Shown here: positions 55,231 to 64,000 of the stretch, piece by piece
Position numbering within the stretch: the stretch's first letter is position 1
How the letters are laid out: every line of letters begins with the position of its first letter
From: Myxococcaceae bacterium
GTDB taxonomy: Bacteria; Myxococcota; Myxococcia; Myxococcales; Myxococcaceae
Direction of reading: 5' to 3'
Length of the DNA stretch: 64,000 nt
Assembly (NCBI GenBank): GCA_016793095.1
Contig: JAEUJQ010000037.1
Coordinates: forward strand, 140,244 to 204,243
The notes under the pieces: generated by a model
Databases searched by the model: none
What the model was told of the DNA's origin: nothing
What the model saw: only the letters and a program-made list of their open reading frames with translations
Position numbers and translations under genes: made by a program

Positions 55231-56738
55231 GCCGCGGGTTGCAGGGCGTCGGTGCGGGCGAACGCGAGGAAGACGTCTTCGAGGGAGAGGGACTCGATGA
55301 CGGTGCCCTCGGGCCAGACGGTGGACCGCCAGAGCTCCGGCGGCGCGCGCACGACGTCCCCACGAACGATCTCGAAGCCGGGCGGGAGCACGTGGGGCGC
55401 CACCAGCCCGGGAGCGGCGGACACGAGCCGCGGCTCGCCAGGAACCGGCGGGACGGCGGCGGCGGCAGGCTCCCCGGGGGCAATGCCGGTCTCGACGGCG
55501 GACGAGCCGATAGCGGACGACCCGCGCCCCGCCGGCTCACGTGCGGCCGACTCACGTGCGGCCGACTCACGTGCGGCCGGCTCACGTGCGGCCGACTCAC
55601 GTGCGGCCGACTCACGTGCGGCCGGCTCACGTGCGGCCGGCTCACCTGCGGCCGACTCACTAGCGACCGACTCACCTGCGGCCGACTCACCTGCGGCCGA
55701 CTCACCTGCGGCCGACTCACGTGCGGCCGACTCACCTGCGGCCGACTCACCTGCGGCCGACTCACGTGCGGCCGACTCACCTGCGGCCGACTCACCTGCG
55801 GCCGACTCACCTGCGGCCGACTCACGTGCGGCCGACTCACGTGCGGCCGGCTCACCTGCGGCCGACTCACGTGCGGCCGGCTCACCTTCGGCCGACTCAC
55901 CAGCGACCGACTCACGTGCGTCCGGCTCACCTTCGGCCGACTCGCTCATGGCCGACTCATTTGCAGCCGACCCGACCGCACCCGGGGCGACGGCGCGCGG
56001 CGCCACGGAAGCGGCTCGGGCATCGGGCGCCGGCCACCTCACGCGCCGCACCGACTCGAGCAGCCACGGCACCTCGCCCTCGATGCGCATCTTCCCCGAG
56101 TGGATGATGCCGACGCGGTGCGCGACCTGCTGCACCTCGTCCACCAGGTGCGACGAGAGGAACGCCGTGCAGCCGCGCTCCTTCACGATGACCGAGACGA
56201 GGTCATTGAACTCGCGGCGCGCGACCGGGTCGAGGCCGGTGGTGGGCTCGTCGAGCAGCAGCAGCTCGGGGCGCGGCGCCAGGGCGAGCGCGAGGCCCAG
56301 CTTGGTGCGCGTGCCGCCGGACAGCTCCATCGCGCGCTTGTCGAGCGGCACGTCGAGCAGCTTGCAGAGGCGCTCGAACTCCGGCCCGTCCCACGTCGGG
56401 TAGAAGCCCGCGACGAAGCGGCCCAGCTCGCGCCCGCTCATCCACGGGTAGAAGTGCTGCTCCTGCGAGACGGAGCCGATGCGCCGCTTCAGCTCGACCG
56501 GCACCTTCTTCACCTGCTGGCCGAGCACCTCGACCGTGCCCGCGTCCGCGTGCAGCACGCCGGTGAGGATGCGCAGCGTCGTCGTCTTGCCCGCGCCGTT
56601 GCGGCCGAGGAAGCCGTAGATCTCTCCGCGCTTCACCGCGAGCGAGAGGCCGTCGAGGGCGATGGCGCGCCCGAAGCGGCGCTTCACGTCGGTCAGCTTC
56701 AGGGCGTCGGTCACGCGCCGGAGTATGGGGGAGCCCAC
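55227..56738 (-). CDS. ABC transporter ATP-binding protein with a roughly 145-aa (A/G)ESA(A/R) pentapeptide-repeat insertion before the C-terminal EDVFL segment.
   Basis: Walker A GRNGAGKTT, Q-loop, signature LSGGTRTKL, Walker B LLLLDEPTTGLD, H-loop SSHL. The start is GTG near 56738 or 56713, which is uncertain. The ORF track merges it with upstream antisense artefact (55227..57911). Confidence 0.8.
   Translation of the reverse strand: MGSPILRRVTDALKLTDVKRRFGRAIALDGLSLAVKRGEIYGFLGRNGAGKTTTLRILTGVLHADAGTVEVLGQQVKKVPVELKRRIGSVSQEQHFYPWMSGRELGRFVAGFYPTWDGPEFERLCKLLDVPLDKRAMELSGGTRTKLGLALALAPRPELLLLDEPTTGLDPVARREFNDLVSVIVKERGCTAFLSSHLVDEVQQVAHRVGIIHSGKMRIEGEVPWLLESVRRVRWPAPDARAASVAPRAVAPGAVGSAANESAMSESAEGEPDARESVAGESAEGEPAARESAAGEPAARESAARESAAGESAAGESAAGESAARESAAGESAAGESAARESAAGESAAGESAAGESVASESAAGEPAAREPAARESAARESAAREPAARESAARESAAREPAGRGSSAIGSSAVETGIAPGEPAAAAVPPVPGEPRLVSAAPGLVAPHVLPPGFEIVRGDVVRAPPELWRSTVWPEGTVIESLSLEDVFLAFARTDALQPAA
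55531..55975. repeat. In-frame 15-bp tandem repeat (GCCGACTCAC(G/C)TGCG, about 29 copies) inside the ABC ATPase gene.
   Basis: Read directly. On the coding (minus) strand it encodes ...AGESAARESAAGESAAGESA.... Units vary at 1-2 positions (G/C and ggc/gac). Confidence 0.9.
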
Positions 56739-56780
56739 GACGGGCAGGAAGCAATGGCGCAGGTCTGATGAAGTGGCCCC

Positions 56781-57761
56781 ATGCTCTGGATGACGCTCAT
56801 CGCGCTGGCCGCTGTGCCGCCCTCGGGCCTGCTGTTCGGCTCGCGCTACCTCGTCGCCGACGGAGACGGCACCGTGCGGGCGTGGTCTGTGAAGGACCTG
56901 CAGCCCGACGCGGCCTTCACGAAGAAGCTGAACGGCGACGGGCTGCTCGGCATCGCGTCCGGCGACGACGGCATGCTGTGGGGCTTCGACGGCACGCGCG
57001 CCTTCACCTGGGACGGCGTCTCGGAGCGGTGGGACCTGGTGCCCTCGAAGCCGCCGCCGAAGCCGTGCACGCACTTCGCGGTGGTGGCGAACGCGCCGGT
57101 CGGCCTCTGCGGCCCGGGCGTCCACCGCTTCACCGACGGCCGGTACTTCGAGGGGCCCGAGTTCAAGGACCAGGTGAGCGGGCGCGGCTTCGGCGACCAC
57201 CCGCACCTCGCGGCGCACGGCTCCACGCTCGCCATCGGCACCGGCTTCGGCGAGTGGGGCGGGCACCTCTGGCTGCTCGACGTCGGCGCCGGCTCGTGGC
57301 GCAAGCACTACGACGCGCTCGGCAACGCGGTGGGGCTGGCGTGGACGGGCAGCGCCTGGGCCGTCGCCTGGTCGATGAGCCACATGATGGCGACGACGCG
57401 TGCGCGCCTGCATGACTCCGGCGCGAAGCCCACCGTGCAGGGCAAGGACCTGCGCGACCGCTACCTCCGCGCGCTCGCCTGGGACGACGAGGCGAAAGCC
57501 CTCTTCGGCCTCGAGCAGAACGAGCTCGTGCGCTTCGACGGGGCGCTCGGCTTCAAGAAGGTGCAGTCCATCGCGCCGGTGAAGTACGGCCCCGAGCGCG
57601 ACGCCGTGGGCGTCTCGTCGGGCATCGCGGCGTTCGTCGCCGTAGGCCGGGGCCAGTTCCTCGTCGTGCCCGAGTCCGGAGAGCCGCTCGTCGTCGGTGG
57701 CGGCAAGAGCGAGCGGCTGCGCATGCCGGCGGTCGAGCGGCGTGACGCGGGCGCACGCTGA
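56781..57761 (+). CDS. Hypothetical protein (possible beta-propeller/secreted), divergent from the ABC operon.
   Basis: Realistic composition (W, F, K, D-rich; GDGTVRAWSVKDL, LLGIASGDDGMLWGFDG). The opposite-strand frame is Arg-rich artefact. The start is ambiguous (TTG 56781 or ATG 56790). Confidence 0.5.
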   Translation: MLWMTLIALAAVPPSGLLFGSRYLVADGDGTVRAWSVKDLQPDAAFTKKLNGDGLLGIASGDDGMLWGFDGTRAFTWDGVSERWDLVPSKPPPKPCTHFAVVANAPVGLCGPGVHRFTDGRYFEGPEFKDQVSGRGFGDHPHLAAHGSTLAIGTGFGEWGGHLWLLDVGAGSWRKHYDALGNAVGLAWTGSAWAVAWSMSHMMATTRARLHDSGAKPTVQGKDLRDRYLRALAWDDEAKALFGLEQNELVRFDGALGFKKVQSIAPVKYGPERDAVGVSSGIAAFVAVGRGQFLVVPESGEPLVVGGGKSERLRMPAVERRDAGAR

Positions 57762-57988
57762 CCGCGCAGCACCAGACCTCGCGCGCGGTTTCACTCGCGA
57801 CGAGGCGCTCGATGAGCAACCGGATTCGCCGCGAGCCTGCGGCCGGTCCTTCGCCTGCGCGACGACGCCGCTGACATTGCACGCTGGCGATTCACGGCGA
57901 CAGCCATGCACGAGTTGAATAGGGACCGGAGTTCGTCGGAACGCCGCGGAAGCAGGTCACGCTCGCGGCGAGAGCGAACGGGAGACTG

Positions 57989-59128
57989 ATGAAGAAGAGA
58001 CAGGACCCAGAGCCCCTGCCTGATCTCTCGTCGGTGGCGGCGATCAGAAGCGCGTTCGAGCGACGCCGCCCGATGAGCAAGCCGGCAGGTAGCGACGGCT
58101 TCCCCGAGGAGCCCACGCCGGAGGAGTACGCGAAGCTCGAAGCCTTCGCGCGCTTCGTGCGGGGAGCGATACCGCTCGTCCTCGGCACCGAGACGGCGGA
58201 CGCGCCGCGCGCGCTGTCCACCTGGTCCGTCGAGCAGCGGACGTTCCTGGAGGAACTCACGAAGGTGCCGGAAGAGGCCCACCTCGACGTGCACTCGCTG
58301 AGCGCGACGCTGTCGAAGCTTGGCGCGATCGACGTCGGTCCGAATGGCGACGACCGCTACCTGCGCCGGTACGTGGGGTTGGCCGAGCCTTCTGGTCTGG
58401 AGCACGAGGTGGATGGCCGCCCGCTCTGGCTCACGCTCCGGCTCTGTTTGATGGGCCGGCTGGCTCGCAGCGAGTGGCTGAGGAGCGTCGCCGCGCTCGA
58501 TGGGCCTGCACGCATCGACCTCGCCAGGCGGGCGACGGACGACGCCTACCAGCTCATGCGGCGCTGGCCGCGTCCTCTCGACCTCACGCCCGAGATCGAA
58601 CGGGAAGACGCCACGCAGCTGTACGATCTCCTGCTTCCCGCGCTCGAGATGATCTCGACCGCCGAGCGGCGCGCGGCCATCGCGAAGGAGGAAGCGGCCG
58701 AGAGACCGAACGAGTCACTGCTGCTGTTGCTCTCGCTCGGTCAGGCGAACCAGGGCGAGCCCGTCACCGCCCGGCCTGAGTCGCTGATCTCGGCGCTGAC
58801 CCTCTTCACGAACACGACGATCGGCGTCCGCTTCGCGCGCTCGTTGCCAGCCGATGGTCGCCGTGCGCTGATCAGCGCCATCGAGCTCGTTCCGAACAAC
58901 CTCGTCGGCTGGGAGTACCTCGAGTTACTCGAGCCACAGGACAGGCAGCGCACCGTCATCGGCGCGTTGGCGGGCTTCAAGCGCGCGGCCAGGCCCGGGG
59001 TGGTCGCCCGCGTCAGCCGGCTCATCCAGACCTTCGACGACGCAGGGCGCGCCGAGCTGCGCACGTTGGTCGCGAAGGGCGGTCCCAACGCGAAGGCCAT
59101 CGACGCCGCGCTGAACGGGCAGAGCTGA
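57989..59128 (+). CDS. Hypothetical alpha-helical protein.
   Basis: ORF with balanced composition and an MKKRQDPEPLPD start. No recognisable motif. Confidence 0.5.
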   Translation: MKKRQDPEPLPDLSSVAAIRSAFERRRPMSKPAGSDGFPEEPTPEEYAKLEAFARFVRGAIPLVLGTETADAPRALSTWSVEQRTFLEELTKVPEEAHLDVHSLSATLSKLGAIDVGPNGDDRYLRRYVGLAEPSGLEHEVDGRPLWLTLRLCLMGRLARSEWLRSVAALDGPARIDLARRATDDAYQLMRRWPRPLDLTPEIEREDATQLYDLLLPALEMISTAERRAAIAKEEAAERPNESLLLLLSLGQANQGEPVTARPESLISALTLFTNTTIGVRFARSLPADGRRALISAIELVPNNLVGWEYLELLEPQDRQRTVIGALAGFKRAARPGVVARVSRLIQTFDDAGRAELRTLVAKGGPNAKAIDAALNGQS

Positions 59129-59240
59129 CGCGCGGAGGGACTCGCTCACACGCCAGGCTGCATGTCGCGCCTGCCCACGAGGCCCCGCCGCCAGAGGACG
59201 CGACTGTCACCCGGGGACCCGCGCCGTCGGTCGCCCTTCC

Positions 59241-63578
<4,338 letters not shown>

Positions 63579-63941
63579 TCAGGGCGTCATACACGGTGAG
63601 GCTGACATCGCGGCAGGGCGTGTCAGGGTTGGGGCGTACACACCGCGCCGGTGGGGACGGAGCGACGACGGGAGCCAGCGAAGTCGGTGCTGCGGGAGGC
63701 CAGCCCTTCACGCTGACTGCACAGGCCCTGGTGAAGCGCCTCGTCTCCCTGGTGCCTCCGCCCAACCTTCACCTCACGTCCTTCCACGGCGTCTTCGCCC
63801 CGCACGCGGCCTTGCGCCCCACGGTGACGGCGGCTCCACCGGCAGCGCCTGGGCCGTCACTGTAGGCGGTCACGCAGATCCGCAGAAATCTGGACCGTCG
63901 ACCGCGCTGAGCTGAGCCGCGGTCGACGAGCCCATCGTGCG

Positions 63942-64000
63942 GCTACTTCTTCGTCTTGGCCTTCTTCGCCTCCTCAGCGGTCCTCCGGCGGTACGACTTG
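63942..64000 (-). CDS. 3' end of a gene running off the window; only a Lys-rich C-terminus (…KSYRRRTAEEAKKAKTKK*) is visible.
   Basis: Minus-strand reading of the last 59 nt gives an in-frame TAG at 63942..63944 preceded by a basic tail. It cannot be identified from this fragment. Confidence 0.25.

Overview
High-GC (about 70%+) bacterial chromosomal segment that is almost certainly Myxococcota. The evidence is a MYXO-CTERM-like Cys-rich/TM/Arg C-terminal sorting tail on a secreted S8 protease, several PEGA-domain proteins, a Ser/Thr kinase, an FHA-domain sigma-54 activator, MopE-like Cys-rich repeat lipoproteins and strong GC3 codon bias. I find about 50 protein genes and no rRNA, tRNA or CRISPR. 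Among the recognisable genes are a partial TonB-dependent receptor, an OmpR-type two-component pair plus an FHA/sigma-54 enhancer-binding protein, and a SNF2 helicase with a SWIM finger. A ZnuABC-type metal ABC importer has bizarre tandem duplications of its gene junctions. There is a complete NAD-reducing [NiFe] hydrogenase operon (hoxFUYH + hoxW). A phosphotransacylase/acetate kinase pair sits next to a sphingosine-1-phosphate-lyase-like PLP enzyme and an FGGY kinase. An ABC-2 exporter-like operon has two permease paralogs, one carrying an HEXXH peptidase-like domain. Most notable are a clear Major Vault Protein (MVP) homolog with a candidate sigma-54 promoter, and a 1445-aa single ORF fusing a complete type IA topoisomerase III to a complete RecQ helicase (RQC + HRDC). 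A 1.3-kb divergent intergenic region contains a roughly 11-copy 22-bp tandem array and other repeats. Many long opposite-strand ORFs in the six-frame track are GC-bias artefacts and were rejected. Gene starts are often ambiguous because of GTG/TTG usage; coordinates follow the ORF-track convention with the stop codon included.
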